Of a stretch of 64,000 bases of DNA, positions 49,990 through 64,000 are shown in pieces. Positions within the stretch are counted from its first letter, which is position 1. Each line of letters begins with the position of its first letter. The translations under genes and the position numbers were made by a program. The notes under the pieces are model-generated. The model searched no databases. It was not told the origin of the DNA and saw only the letters and a list, made by a program, of their open reading frames with translations. The stretch comes from Octopus vulgaris (lineage: Eukaryota): assembly GCA_951406725.2 (NCBI GenBank), contig OX597820.1, positions 65,782,001 through 65,846,000 on the forward strand, given 5' to 3'.

Positions 49990-51722
49990 TACAGGGTAAA
50001 TGTTTTTTTAATTTTCTCCTGGTTTACGGAATTGATGTTATTTTGCGGTTGAAGCTTTTGGCTGTTATTTCTAGTGGGTGAATGGCCTATTATGGCCGTT
50101 CCTTGATTGTGATGTTGAACTTAAAAATGGTTTATGACTATTTAATTTTTTTCCCACTAGGCCGCTGGTGGCAAATAAAATTCTACAAAATTTTTTTGCC
50201 ACCCTATATTGATTAAATATATATATATATATATATGTATTTGTGTGTGTTTGTGTGTGTGTGTGTGTCCCCCCACCCGATGCTGGTGTGTATACGTCCC
50301 CGTCACTTAGCGGTTCGGCAAAAGAGACCGATAGAATAAGTACTGGGCTTACAAAGAATAAGTTCCGGGGTCGATTTGCTCGACTAAAGGCGGTGCTCCA
50401 GCATGGCCGCAGTCAAATGACTGAAACAAGTAAAAGAGTAAAAGAGTAAAAGAGTAAAGAATAACTGTGTCCAGGATTTTCCCAAACGAGCGATTTCACA
50501 GCTTACATTAGAGTAACTATCAATGCACTTCGTCTTACGTTGTTGATGTCGGCAGGTCAAAGATCGAACTACGGTTTATTCAACAATAGAAATGTATGTA
50601 AGAAGAAACTCAATCGTTTATTCATTAATTTTTCTTTTTTTTTTAATTCCTTCTTCTCCAGTTCAATATTGAACGCAAAAGATTCTAACTTCACATACCA
50701 ATGGCTGTTAGGCAATATTTATCGAAAATATATCCATCGCATACACATTCGCTGAAATCATATTGACCAAAAGATGAATTAGTTCAAAGATATTCATAGA
50801 GGAATAAATTGCTCGAATGACAAACTGATGAAAATCGTTAGTCGAAAAGAAAAGGTACAATACTCGCCGAAGTTTTTATACTTTGAATGGAAATAACAAA
50901 ATAACGAAATATATACGTATGCATGTATGATTTTCGTATATGTGAATGAGCTATATTTTGTGGTATCAAAATAAACAAGACTGAGTGCAAATGACAATAC
51001 ATTCTAAGAAGTGGAGTTCCTTTATGTCAAATAATGCCAAAACGTGTTCTATACTCCAAAAAATTGAACTGTTTGACTCTGTAAAGAGAGAGAGAGAGAC
51101 TATAGAAAAATACCGAGGAAACGCGTATAAACTTGGATATAAATATATGAATTTGAGAAAGAAGTTATTTGAACTTGTAGTGTAGGGAGCAAGAACCAAC
51201 ACTGCAAAACATTTTCCACTACACTCTATCGAATCTGGTAATGCAGACAAACAAACACACCTTATGACCTACAGATGACACACTTAAATATACATACGGC
51301 GGGTTGCTGAAAAGTTCCTGGCTTTCAGTAAAAGAAAAAATCTTCCATTTAGTGGAAAATTGTTTTATTATAACATAACAACACATATTTACATATACAT
51401 GTATGTGTGTGTTTATATATACAAGTCTATCTTCAGAAAGGTTGTACAACACTGCAGTCATGTCTAAGACTAACATCTAATGTTCGAAATGATTATTATC
51501 TTATATATGAAATATGACGTCTCATATCCTATGGTCGATAATATCTCGTCACAACTAAACTGATTCTTAAACCTTTGACCATATTTACCTACCTATCTAC
51601 CTATCTATCTACATATCTGTCTATCTATTTTGCTATCTGCCTGTCTATCTATCTATTTATCTATTTTGCAATCTATCTGTCTGTCTATCTATCTATCTAA
51701 CAAAGTAACTAACTGTTTGTCA

Positions 51723-51759
<37 letters not shown>

Positions 51760-52068
51760 GGTATGTATGTATGTATGTATGTATGTATGTATGTATGTAT
51801 GTATGTATGTGTGTGTGTTTGTGTATGCGTGTGCATGTGTGTGTGTGTGAGTGTTTATATGTGTCTGCCTGTTCGTCTGCCTAGCCGCTTTTGTCTCTGT
51901 GCAGATAAATATGTGTAGATACAAACATAATATGCATATATTTATACAAGTATATTAACGCATATAATATATATGTAAATTGTATATACAACACATACAT
52001 ATATGCATATATAAATATATATATATATATACATATACATTTACATACTTATATATGTGTGTGTATAT

Positions 52069-52101
<33 letters not shown>

Positions 52102-53038
52102 CATATATATGTATATATGTATACATATATATATGTATGTATGAACATACTCATACACACAAACATACACACACATATTTATATATCAAGACATTCTCTA
52201 CAGTCGTGACATTGTGATTTTCAATACAGAATTTCATTATAAAATCTTTTTTGTACATCATATTTCGATCACAACTGATCTTTATCAAATATATCAAATA
52301 TACAGTTGAATATATAGTGGTAGTGAGATAGGGTCAGATAGGCTCAAAATCTATAAACGTTTAAAAAAATATATATATTCTCTGGTCTGTTGGTAGTCTG
52401 TCTTACAATCCCCACAAGCCATCTGCGTTGATTGATTAAACATAGCAGAGTAGTATAACTTTATCATGAAACACTGTTTCCATCTATACATGAAATACAA
52501 CAAATGATAGCATATTCACCGTGGGAAATTCGAATCATTTTTCTCGGTAAAATGTTGATAATAGCAGCCAAATGACACTATGAACTTCCTTTTAACCGCT
52601 TTGTTCACCTTTACACTGTTCGAAGTGATATAGTTAAACTGTGTGAGGTAAACTCGAAGCATTGTAATATGTGAAATCGAACACGAATTTTGAAGCAATG
52701 TGATGCGATTAGGAATGGAAAAATAGTATAAATTATATTTTACAAGCTATCGATCATAAGGGATATGTATCAAACGTAGTCGAATAAAAAAGAAATCTTC
52801 CCTATTGATACAAGTCGTATTGTATCCGAACTCAATAAACTTTTATATATTTACTTGTTTTAGCTACTGGGCTTCGGCCATGCTGTGGCACCCCACTTCA
52901 AGTGTTTAGCCGATGTAACTGAATATGGTGTGCCTCTCTTTCTAAGCCTAGTACTTAGTCTATCGGTTGTTGAGCGTTGCGGGGATGGTCGCAGTGTAAT
53001 GACTGAAGCAAGTAAAAGATTAAATACACACACACACA

Positions 53039-53082
<44 letters not shown>

Positions 53083-53248
53083 TATGTGTGTGTATACATA
53101 TATATATATATATACATGGGCGAAGCTATGTGGTAAGAAGCTTCCTTCTCAACCACATGGTCCCAGGTTGAATCCCACTACGTGGCACCTTGGGCAAGTG
53201 TCTTCTACTATAGCCTCGAGCCCACATATGGTAAAGTATTATATATAC

Positions 53249-53280
<32 letters not shown>

Positions 53281-53914
53281 TTATATATATCGGTTGAGAG
53301 CAAACATGATAAATTTTGTCATCATCGTCGTCATCGTCGTCGTCGTCATCGCCATCGTCGACGTCATCATCATCGTGTTAGCTCTCATCGCTGTCATCGT
53401 CATCATACTAATATCATCGCTGTCATAACTACCACCACTACTGGCATCATTATTATATTCTTCATCATTGGCGTAATCACCATTTTCGTCATCCTCACCA
53501 TAGACACCATCGTCATCGTCATCATCATCATCTTCATCAACAACAACAACAACAACATTTAGGATGTGTATAGGTTACAGTCACTAGGCTTTTAAAGATG
53601 GCAACCACTCACCACCACCACCACCACCACCATCCTGCGCCCCCGCGCCCCGCTTCTCCTCCAATCTTGGTGTCTACGCATTCGCAGACATTGTCACCAG
53701 ATTAAGATTTTATTATTAGTCAGATTCTTGGCGATTAGAACTGTCATTCTTCGAGAGTGGTTTTATAAGTTTCAGCATCAGGTACACACACACACTCGTA
53801 TACACACACATACACACACACACACATACACACTTACGCAAGCACACAGGCACACACACACACACTTCATAACACATAGATATACATCTACCTAATCTAC
53901 GAAGCGAGCTCTTG

Positions 53915-54052
<138 letters not shown>

Positions 54053-54222
54053 TATACATATATATACACATATACACACATGTATAGGTACATATGTGTG
54101 TATGTGTCTGTGCGCGTGCGTGCCTGCGTGTGTGTGTGTTTATACTTACATACATATATCCATGTATAAATGCTTATATAACTAGAGATAGATAGATAAA
54201 TAGGCAGGCAGACAGATGGATG

Positions 54223-54288
<66 letters not shown>

Positions 54289-56040
54289 CAAATAGATAAA
54301 CAGATAGAGAGAGAGAGAGAGAGAGAGTGATATATATCACTCTCTCTCTCTCTCTCATACATATACATACATACATACATACATATAAACATACATATAT
54401 ATTGCTACAGATACAAATGTGTGTGTGTTTATGCCTATTTGTGTTTTTCGGTGTTTCTATGTATAGATATGTATTTGTGTAAATTCTCCTCTGTATATGC
54501 ATGTGAATGTGTATAAACGCGTATATATTCATACCTACATTTAGAAAAAAAAAACTCATACACGCGCACATACGTGTTTGTGAGGATTATGCTAAAGGTA
54601 GACAATGGGCATTGAATAAGCTATGGGTCAAAGGTTTTATAACGCGCTATGTAGAAATATTTTGACGACAAAATTATTTATTTTCAGCTTTAGTTATGTA
54701 GTTCAGGTGAAGACGTTTTGGCGCAGCTGCTTTGGCTTCACTGATTCGCCGCTGACTTACATGACATGAGACGTTTTAATCTTTCTTTCGTTTTAAATTT
54801 TTTCTCATGACCTTATATACAGAGACTCCCAGACACTCAGAAGGAAGGAAGTTATTCTCAGACATTGGACCTTGTCAGAATACTTCCACCACAGAGGTCT
54901 CCGCTAAGGGCATCTAATGACGTGGTAGTGATGCTAAACCGAGTGACAGATTAAGTCCGCTAACTTGAGAACTAGAATAGTTGTACAAACAGGCTTATAC
55001 ACCATTATTTAACCAAATTCTGCTCACTAGTTATTGATGGATCCCAGGTTGTGGTAGCTAGACAGAATAGGAAATCATGTATTTACAATACGATTTTTGC
55101 GACCTCACCGCCACGTCCGTTAGAACTAACACTCGACTTATCCTTAAATTATTCCCTACGAAATAAGAATGAGAAGAGGAGAAGCAGCTCGATTGATATA
55201 CTGAGAGGCTTGACTTCAAAGAAATGTAAGAGAAAAACTGAGAGAAATTTCCACCATTTATCTCTGAAAAAAAAAACTAATACCATCTCGAAAACGACCC
55301 AGTGTAGTAAACTAAAGATAGCTGACTGTATAAAGTGAGAAGAAAAAACCTATTCATAGTTGCGAGTTCAATCCGGTTATATTTGTTGTTTTTATCTTAT
55401 TTAATTATTTTATTTATTTGTTTGTATGTTGTGGAATGGAACACTTTATTCTCAATTCAACGAGATGTCTGTAATGAATAGAAACAAAAGGAATGTGGGT
55501 TTGTTCTGTATGAGACCACATTTCATCACTCAATTCACCTATCTGTCAGAAATAGATACCAGATCACCAGATCACCTGGGGGTATATTTCCCCCAGGTGA
55601 TAATTGACCAGGTTTCTATCCTAGAATATGAAAGATGTTAAAATTTATTTTTCAATCCCTTCATGATGTGGAACTATACGGTGCTAAGCACAAATCCATT
55701 AAAAAGAAGAAACAATAATACCCTCGGGTGTGCTCAGACGAAACGTTAACATTTTTAAGCCTCACAAACAGTAAAAAAATAAAAGAACAGAAAAGTAAAT
55801 TAATCCTCCGTCAATATCGACGATGATTATTCCAATTGTGCAATTAACTGAACCACCTACTCATTGTATGAGTCACTGAGCGCTCCGCAGACACTTGTAT
55901 ATTGAACCATATATTAGTGTGAAAGAAACTGTCTGTGATAAGACTGGCATTTTTTAAATTACAAGTAGCCATATTGTCTGATTGTACCGCAGTCACTTGT
56001 GACCTTAATATAATGTCCATATTCATATAATGTAAATCAA

Positions 56041-56265
56041 GGTGGCGAGATGGCAGAATCCTCAGCGGGCGAAATGCGTAGCCGTATTTCGTCTGCCGTT
56101 ACGTTCTGAGTTCAAATTCCGCCGAGGTCGACTTTGCCTTTCATCCTTTCGGGGTCGATAAATTAAGTACCAGTTGTGCACTGGGGTCGATGTAATCGAC
56201 TTAATCCGTTTGTCTGTCCTTGTTTGTCCCCTCTATGTTTAGCCCCTTGTGGGTAATAAAGAAAC
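56041..56265 (+). mobile_element. SINE family A, full length (tail type 1)
   Basis: Near-identical to the 16453 unit; ends tatgtttagccccttgtgggtaataaagaaa. Confidence 0.9.
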
Positions 56266-57099
56266 AAATACTTTCGCAGCATCAATGTCGCCACAGCATC
56301 AATGTTTCCGCAAGTGTCGACAGATTTTTGTTAAGTATAACCCTTTAAACGTGCTTTAGGATCCTTCCCTCCCGATTTTCTGTTGGGGTTTTCTCCTTCA
56401 TCTATTTTTGTTCACTCTCACTATATTACTCTACAGTGGGCATGGTTTGTGCTGAGCCTGTCCCACTCGCTCGTCCTTCAAACTTCTATTGATCTGGTGC
56501 AACAAGTGTCACAAGCCTAGCAGCTATCAGGAGGTAGGATTTATACACAGGTACCTTTTTCTTAGATGAGCAAATAAAGAGATGAAAGGCATCAGCTTCC
56601 ATGGTGTGTCTGTGAGTGACCTTCGTCCGGCTGCAATTCTATCATCACTATTATGTAACAAGTGATGTAAGAGCGCTGTTAACACAGCAGGAGACAGTTT
56701 TGGCTTATAAGAAGGTTTAATATACTTTCTCGTATATTATGGTTGCATAACAAAATGCGGTGTTCCTACAGGTCATCAGTATTTACGTACCAGCTTCAGG
56801 GAATGCGTTTGGTATGTACAATTGGTATATTCAGAAACTTTACACCACTAAATATTGTGGCTGTTTAAGCAATGTGTTCGTGGAGGATTAATGGGTTGAC
56901 TGGGCTGAATGATGAAAGAGCAAAGGCTACTGAAATATGGTATATACGTCTATTACCCATTTTTCATCTCCGTTCTCATTGTTTGTTTATATCAGGCGTC
57001 TCGGATACGAAACGTCGTAACAAAAGTCAGAGCTGGCTATAATTTCTTTGGAAAATCTGTAGAAGAAAACCCTAACAAGTGATTATAATGTAAATGTAA

Positions 57100-57312
57100 G
57101 GCAGCGAGCTGGCCGGATCGTTAGCACGCTGGACAAAATACTAAGCGGCATTTTGTCCCTCTTTACGTCCTGAGTTCAAATTCCGCCGAGGTTGACTTTG
57201 CCTTCTCTCATTTTGAGGTCGATAAAATAACTACCAGTTGAGTATAGGGGTCGATGCAATAGACTTACTCCTTCACACGAAATTGCTGGCCTTGCGCCAA
57301 AATTTGAAACCA
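57100..57312 (+). mobile_element. SINE family A (tail type 2)
   Basis: ggcagcgagctggccggatcgttagcacg...gagttcaaattccgccgagg...ggccttgcgccaaaatttgaaacc. Confidence 0.8.
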
Positions 57313-59338
57313 TTATAGCTTAAATGTTCCATGTAATATGTACCCTTAACATGACGCTGTCAGAGAGAATTAACATAAAAGTGAGTGGGATTTAGATGTC
57401 CTTTTGGATTTAAGGGTAGAATATACATGTATTATAATGTACGTTGACGTGGCTGAGTATTCCAGTATCACTCGTCTCTTTAACGTAATTTTCAATCATA
57501 ATCAATGTGACAAACTGCGTCCTTTCATTTAGAACCATCGGCCATCCGGCGAACCTCTTTACAGTTTACATCTATCAGATTTCATTCGCATTCACAAAGC
57601 ACTGATCGACACGGGCCCACAGCTGAAGACACTTATCCGAGTTGTCGCGCAGTGGGATCGAAACTACGACTTCAAAAGCGAGCATTTTAAATACTCGGCC
57701 ATGCCTGTGTCCTACATCTCGTACACACACACACACGCACACACAAACACACACGCACGCATAAGTATATACATACGCATACACGCAGGACGAGAAGGGT
57801 AACGGCGGTAGGTAATGTAGAACACACACATATACGCAAAAAAAACTAATAATAAAATCAAAAATAAAGAATATGCCAGCGATGAAGAAATTGAGAAGGA
57901 TTTCTGCGAAAAATCTGTTTAGTAAGAACATCTGGTTCCCTTTAACAGTAACATTAATTAGTTTCTTGCATATTATCCAAATGTTAACCCGAATTCACTT
58001 CTTAAACTCTAACATTTCTTTGGCGTTTCACAGTGACATTTTTTTTCCAAGGGATCGGTTTGTTTTTTAATAACTATTTTGTTTTGGATTTTGCTGTTGT
58101 TCTGTTGGTTAATTCTTTTCTCTTTATAGAATTTTATTTATTTATTTATATTATTATTTTTTTTCTGCCCTCCTGTCTTGCATTCGCCAGTCGGTTCGGG
58201 TGGTTGACATCTCTTATTTGCAAAGTCTTTTAGCTATTTTGGCATAAGGAAAAAGAAAAAGGAAAGAAAAAAAGAAGGGAGGAAGTTAAGTTCTGTTTTT
58301 ACTCCCCTTGCCCACGAGACTTTAACTACTGTTAAAGCAAAGTGTGAAAGGGACAGAGAAAATAGATTGGCGTCTTTGACAAGGATGCAGACGCGATGAA
58401 AACCACGTCAAAGGCCACGTATTCGGCTCGTGATACTGCTGCTAATAACGATTTTCAAACGTTATGTGTTTTCTTTGAATATGCTGTTGAACATATCAAC
58501 CCGAATATTTGTTTGGGACTTCATCGACAACAGAATGAAGAGAGGCAAAGTTGACTTCGGCAGGACTGGAACTCAGAACATAAAGGAATGCAACAATCAT
58601 CATCGACATCAGCAGCAGCAGCATCATCATCGCCATCATCATCACTGTCAAGTTTTTTGTTAATATTATCGCTATTATTGCTCTTTAGTTTTGTTTTCAG
58701 TTTTTTTTTTTTAATAAAAAAAAAGGACTTGTTATCTTTATTATTTTCAACAACTACGTTCTTCGGAATATTTGAAGGCCTACCCCATTATTTGAGTGGA
58801 AATAATGGTCCTTCCTAAGCTGTTTTCATTGTGTACATATTTTTTCTGCCAACATCCATTTCACTTTGTTTATTAGCGCTTAAATATGTCCACCACTGAG
58901 GTAACGGGAACAGATGCTAGTCACAGCTGCTGTAGTTCGCATACTTCTGAAAACACAAGACGAATTTAAAGAAAGACTAAAACGAAACAAATATCTTTTA
59001 AAGAAGCAGATATAATTATAGATACATGTATTTAGTTGCAATGGGAAAAACATAGAAGAAAAAAGATAGTCCAAGCCTAAATGTTAAAAAAAAGCAGCCA
59101 GCAACAACCACAACAGCAAATCATAGTTGGCAAGTGTTGCAAGGGGAAATGGTTCACAATATGAATCACTTTTCAAGGAAATGAAAATGCGTGGAAGGAG
59201 TGTGTTACAAACGAGAGCACCTCCTTGCCTGAGGAACTTTAAGCAAGAGAGGATAATTTGTGCTAGCCGAGCTTTTGTAGATAAAGGGGACGTATAAGTA
59301 GAACTAGTATAACATTGTAAATAATTAAATGTTTATGG

Positions 59339-59700
59339 TTGCAGAGTAATATTTTGGTCAATGTAGTCGTGATGGGATTGGCACTTGTTGTCTATAACCT
59401 TGTCTGCCGTGCATACACCTGTACGATTCCCTGCACATTTATCATGCACAACCATCAACTCATACGATACATCACAGATATAGTCGGTAATAAACTTGGC
59501 TTCGGTCTGTCTTTGATGAATTTAGATCAATCGAAGACTTTCCACAGTGCCAGCCCTTGCTACGTGTCAGCTGCCTTGGGGACAATCACTTTCGATCTTG
59601 ATTACAGAGGTCGGGTTCCTTCAACGTACAACGGGTTCAGCTCAGATTAAATAACCACCTATCGGGAATGTTTCTAATGAAGGTATCTTCCTTCATCGCT
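59339..59700 (+). pseudogene. Old degenerate RT fragment of the same Tx1-type LINE lineage
   Basis: ILVNVVVMGLALVVYNLVCRAYTCTIP...HNHQLIRYITDIV...LMNLDQSKTFH aligns without gaps to ILAKVIVELLALVIGKLVDRAQTCAVP...DNLHLMRYIVDRV...LINLDQSKAFD of the 29-31 kb ORF. Confidence 0.85.
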
Positions 59701-60761
59701 TGTTTATGGTTTGCTGCCAAAATCAGCTGTGTTAAAGTTATATATATGCATGTATGTATGTATGTCATTATTCGGCTTTCTTTCAAGATTTCTTGCTAGT
59801 AGAAAGACAGCCTAGATCCAAGGTTCCTTTATTAGAATTTCAACAACATCATTTTTTTGCATTTATGTGTGTATACGTGTAGCTTTGGAGTCAGTGCATG
59901 TGCAAATTTGTATGTTTTCTTTTATGCATATATCCTGATGCATATAGCTGCATATCTAGAATTGCTCATATATACTTAAATGATAAACGTCTGGAAAGTT
60001 TTACAATTTTTTTGTTTCAGTGATTGCTTGAATCTGTAGTCTTCAAATCAACTTTCTCCTTTCTGGCTTTCAGAAGCCAAATTTCTGAAAATTGGTACTT
60101 AAGCAGTGTGTTACATATTCCACTTCTCTAATAATTACAGATATAAACCTGAACTTGTAATCTCGTCAGAGGAACTGAAGATTTCTCAATAGTTCAGCGT
60201 AGGTATTTTCTTTTTCGCTGATCATTAGCTGTATGTCTGTTGTGTTCACATTTTATTGAGGTTTTCACTGAGACATTCCACCAGTACTGCTTTTTATTAT
60301 GAGTGCTATGGCCTCTACCATCTTGTGGATTCTTATTTCTTTCGCCTCAGGATTATCATTCCGACGGATCTCATTATACCTTGTCTTGACTACGTATGTC
60401 CTAGCCAATAGAGAAAGAACCGGTTTCTAACCTAGATCCAAGGCTCCTTCACTGGAATTTCAACTTCAACAACAGGGTAATTTTGCATGTATGTATGTAT
60501 GTATGTATGTATGTATGTATGTATGCATGCATGCATATATGTATGCACTTCTATATGTATTTGACTGTCCGGGGTTGTAGCATATTTGCCCAAGGTGCCA
60601 CACAGTGGTATTGAACCCTGAACCAAGTGGTTGGCAAGTAAACTACTTACCTGCGCCTACATATACACACACTCATGCGCACGCACATACACACACTAAC
60701 ATACATACATAGGTATACATAAATAAACATTATCTGTCTAGCTATGTGAGTGTGTGTATGT

Positions 60762-60805
<44 letters not shown>

Positions 60806-60810
60806 GCGTG

Positions 60811-60841
<31 letters not shown>

Positions 60842-61363
60842 GTGTACACACACATACACATATACACACTCACACATACACACACTCATGCATACACACA
60901 CACGTTCACACGTAGGCACATAGAGAAAGAGAGACTGTCTTACCGAGTGTTATTCCACCTAATAAGCCAGTAAAAGATTTGATGCCTGCATGGTGCTGAA
61001 TAAATTATCTTACTTAAAACTGACATTATATCGATAAACGAAGACAGACAACAACAATACAAGAAGAGTAAAAATAAAAAATAAAAAAACATAAAATAAA
61101 AAGCAGATATAAATAGATAAGAACAACAACAAAATCCTCGAAGACCACCATAGCCACCTCCAACGACGATCACAATTTCGCACGAGACTTTCACCGACGC
61201 ATCCGCAGCCATTTTCATGACGATGTCGGTTAATCACAATCCAACACCTACAATAACTTATGTCAGCTCGTTCATGGCTGACTGGCGGGCGAAGAAGGTG
61301 CTTCACTACCATCACCGCCATCATCACAACCAACACCAACACCAACACCAACACCACCACCAT

Positions 61364-61398
<35 letters not shown>

Positions 61399-61778
61399 GC
61401 TGTGCTGTTGCAAGGAGTTCGACTTCCGTTTCATATTCACATTGAATAATAAATAGAGCCGATCGGTTTAGCTTTAAGGTTAGGATCCGCCATATCTATT
61501 AGACTTATTAACGTTGACAGGCAATAGACTTTGTTGAATATTAAACAGCTTAGTACCCTGTAAAACATATATGTGAGTGGAAGGAAATAACTCATTCGGT
61601 GAATGAGTTACACCTGACCATGTCAATAGAATGTCGGTTTCTAGGCTGAAGTGTCAAGGTTTCGAATAATACCGTTGTCGTTGGTGTGACATTTAAGCTA
61701 GTTGATAATGTATTTAATGCACGGAACACGAAATAGCTAAACAGAAATAAATATACAATGAGGCAAAATATATCATTT

Positions 61779-62240
61779 CAGGCATGGCTGTGTGGTTAAG
61801 ATGCTCAATTTATAACCATGTGGTTTCAGGTTCAGTCCCACTGCGTAGCAATCTGGACACATATGTTCTGCAAATACCTTGTGAGTGAATTTGGTAGACC
61901 GAAAACTGAAAGAAGCTCATTGTGAATGTGTGTATATGTGTGTGTATGTGAGAGAGAGAGAGTATGTATATATTTGTGTATGTGTGTGTGAGAGAGAGAG
62001 AGAAAGAATTTGTGTCAGTGTGTGTGTGTGTGTGTGCGCGCGTATCTATGATTTTCTTCCTCTTTCCGTTTGTCTCGCGAACACCGCTTGGTAACCGATG
62101 CTGGTTTATTTCCTTCTTCGTAATTTATCCTGGCAAAAGAGACTTGTGAAAGAGTACTGGACTCGGTTTTTTTCAACTAAACTTTTCAAGGCGGTGCCCC
62201 AGCATGGCCATGGTCCAATGACTGAAAGAAATAAAAAATA
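61779..62240 (+). mobile_element. SINE family B, degenerate
   Basis: caggcatggctgtgtggttaag...ggttcagtcccactgcg...aaggcggtgccccagcatggcc...gactgaaagaaataaaa. Confidence 0.8.
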
Positions 62241-62678
62241 CAAGATTAATCAGTGGTTAAATACATTTATATTTGTTTTAGCAAGTACGAGAGATAATTT
62301 GTAAGTTTCGAACGAGGCGTACACTACGCCGTTGTTGACTAAAAGGAGTGGGAGCAGACAGACAGAAAACAATAGAGAGGTAAGTCGGTGAGAGACAGAA
62401 GGAGAGAGAAAGAGAGAGAGAGAGAGGGGGGGAATACATCACACAGAAAGTATTGAACTGAACAAGTGAAAATAGATGTGCGTAGCGTTATAATTAAGAA
62501 GTTCCAAAATTTAAACAGAAACACAACAAAGGAACAAATGCAAAATTCACACACAAGGAGGAACGTTGCTTATTCCTCGTCAGTTATCGTCCAAAAGATC
62601 CTTACATTTTCACGCTTTTAAACGATAATATTGTTCCCTTTTGATGGCGTGAACATCGTGAAGCTGCTAAGAAACATT

Positions 62679-62715
<37 letters not shown>

Positions 62716-62819
62716 TATACGACGGGCTTTTTTACATTTTTCGTCTAATAAATTCACTCAATAGGCTTTGGTCGGCATATATGCATGCATTCATACTTCC
62801 ATACATACATGTATGCATG

Positions 62820-62883
<64 letters not shown>

Positions 62884-63341
62884 CTTGCATTCATACATAC
62901 ATTGCATGCATACATACACACATATATACATTGCGTGCATACATAGCATGCACACATATATGCATACATACATATAAGCATCCATACATGCAATCATGCA
63001 TACATACATAAATACATACATACATACATACATACATACATACATACATACATACATACATACATACATACATACATAATACATACATACATGCATGCAT
63101 ATATACTTAAACACGTGATGTAACATTCTTCCAATTTGCTGCTTCAAAGCTGAAGTATTGACGTACAGAATCCAGTCGTTGCTTGCAGGCCCTCATCATA
63201 ACATCTATCGGCATCATCTAACTGCAGATGTGGAGTCATTCACACCAAGCGGAATAAGACTGGTGGAGGGGAAGTGAGATGAAGAAAGAAAGACAAAGTC
63301 GAGGCGTGAGAAGCAATGAGAAGACATACACACACACCCAC

Positions 63342-63378
<37 letters not shown>

Positions 63379-63553
63379 CACACACCAATACATATATATG
63401 CATATATGTGTGTGTATTTTTATATATGCGTTTGTGTGTGAATCCATCTGTCTGTCTATGTTTATGTCTGTATGTCTGTCACCATGTATGTATATATGTA
63501 TGTATGAATGCATGTATGTATGCTTGTATGAATGTACGTATTATGTATGTATA

Positions 63554-63621
<68 letters not shown>

Positions 63622-64000
63622 TGCCTGTATTGCTTTTGTTATTATCAATTTCAGCCATGATGGTACCACGTGTTGCAAGATAATTTTTGCAACCCAGTTT
63701 GAATAACGCTTCAAAACAAAAGGTGTTTCTCTTATTTATAACTGAAGAAATAAACCAGTTACCGATTTAGGCTGGCGGAGTTGGCATCATTCTATAAAGA
63801 AACATAAAAAAAGACATTTTAGATGATTTTTTACCCCTCCTCGTCTGATGTTGCATGTATGTGTGTATATTTATATATGTAGGTATGACTGTATGGTCAG
63901 ACGAATGTATTAATGTGGAAGACGAGTTGTAAGGTCCATGAGAAAGAGAGTGTCTCAAGTGGAGGAGCGCTACTTTCACTTTCTCTGGTAACACCAAACG

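Larger units (their letters stand above)
48937..50216. mobile_element. Retrozyme / Penelope pLTR-like non-coding element: inverted 478-bp copy + 1.6 tandem copies of a 492-bp unit
   Basis: Unit start ggcctatggtag at 49413 and 49905 (period 492); 48937-49414 is the reverse complement of the unit; copies appear to differ only in homopolymer length; (TA)n on both flanks. Confidence 0.9.
48740..50460 (+). mobile_element. Family B SINE split by the hammerhead repeat element (5' half 48740-48900, 3' half 50240-50460)
   Basis: 5' half agtggctgtgtggtaagtagc...gaaagaagcctgtcg(ta)n; 3' half tgtgtccccc...gactgaaacaa(gtaaaaga)3; together they give one full family B copy. Confidence 0.85.

Noticed and set aside
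51295-51330. Mariner-like TIR tacggcgggttgctgaaaagttcc
   Set aside because: No partner TIR or transposase sequence found nearby.

Overview
Eukaryotic, AT-rich, gene-poor DNA saturated with microsatellites ((TA)n, (TATG)n, (GATA)n, (TAA)n, (GA)n) and interspersed repeats. The repeat landscape looks like a coleoid cephalopod (Octopus-like) intron or intergenic region; this is an inference. No host protein-coding gene could be supported, and nearly all ORFs in the track are microsatellite artefacts. Real coding remnants are all retrotransposon-derived: (i) a young, GC-rich L1/Tx1-type LINE ORF2 (APE endonuclease + RT + CCHC; minus strand, about 28.25-32.4 kb) broken by one frameshift and a 207-bp inverted self-insertion; (ii) three R4/Dong-type and one HERO-like restriction-endonuclease fragments, two of them at (TAA)n tracts; (iii) a Penelope-like GIY-YIG fragment; (iv) an old Tx1 RT relic. 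There are at least four SINE families, hAT/Tc1/piggyBac/Kolobok-type MITEs and two non-autonomous Helitron-like elements. The most notable signal is a non-coding 492-bp unit at 48937-50216, arranged as one inverted copy plus 1.6 tandem copies and nested in a SINE. It carries a complete type I hammerhead ribozyme on each strand and several strand-specific (G-U) hairpins, making it a retrozyme / Penelope pLTR-like element. Another intact hammerhead (about 9.05 kb) and several decayed ones are scattered through the window. The 3' end of the Tx1 LINE also matches the 3' tail of the most abundant SINE, suggesting a LINE/SINE partnership. All calls are by eye; boundaries of old repeats are approximate.
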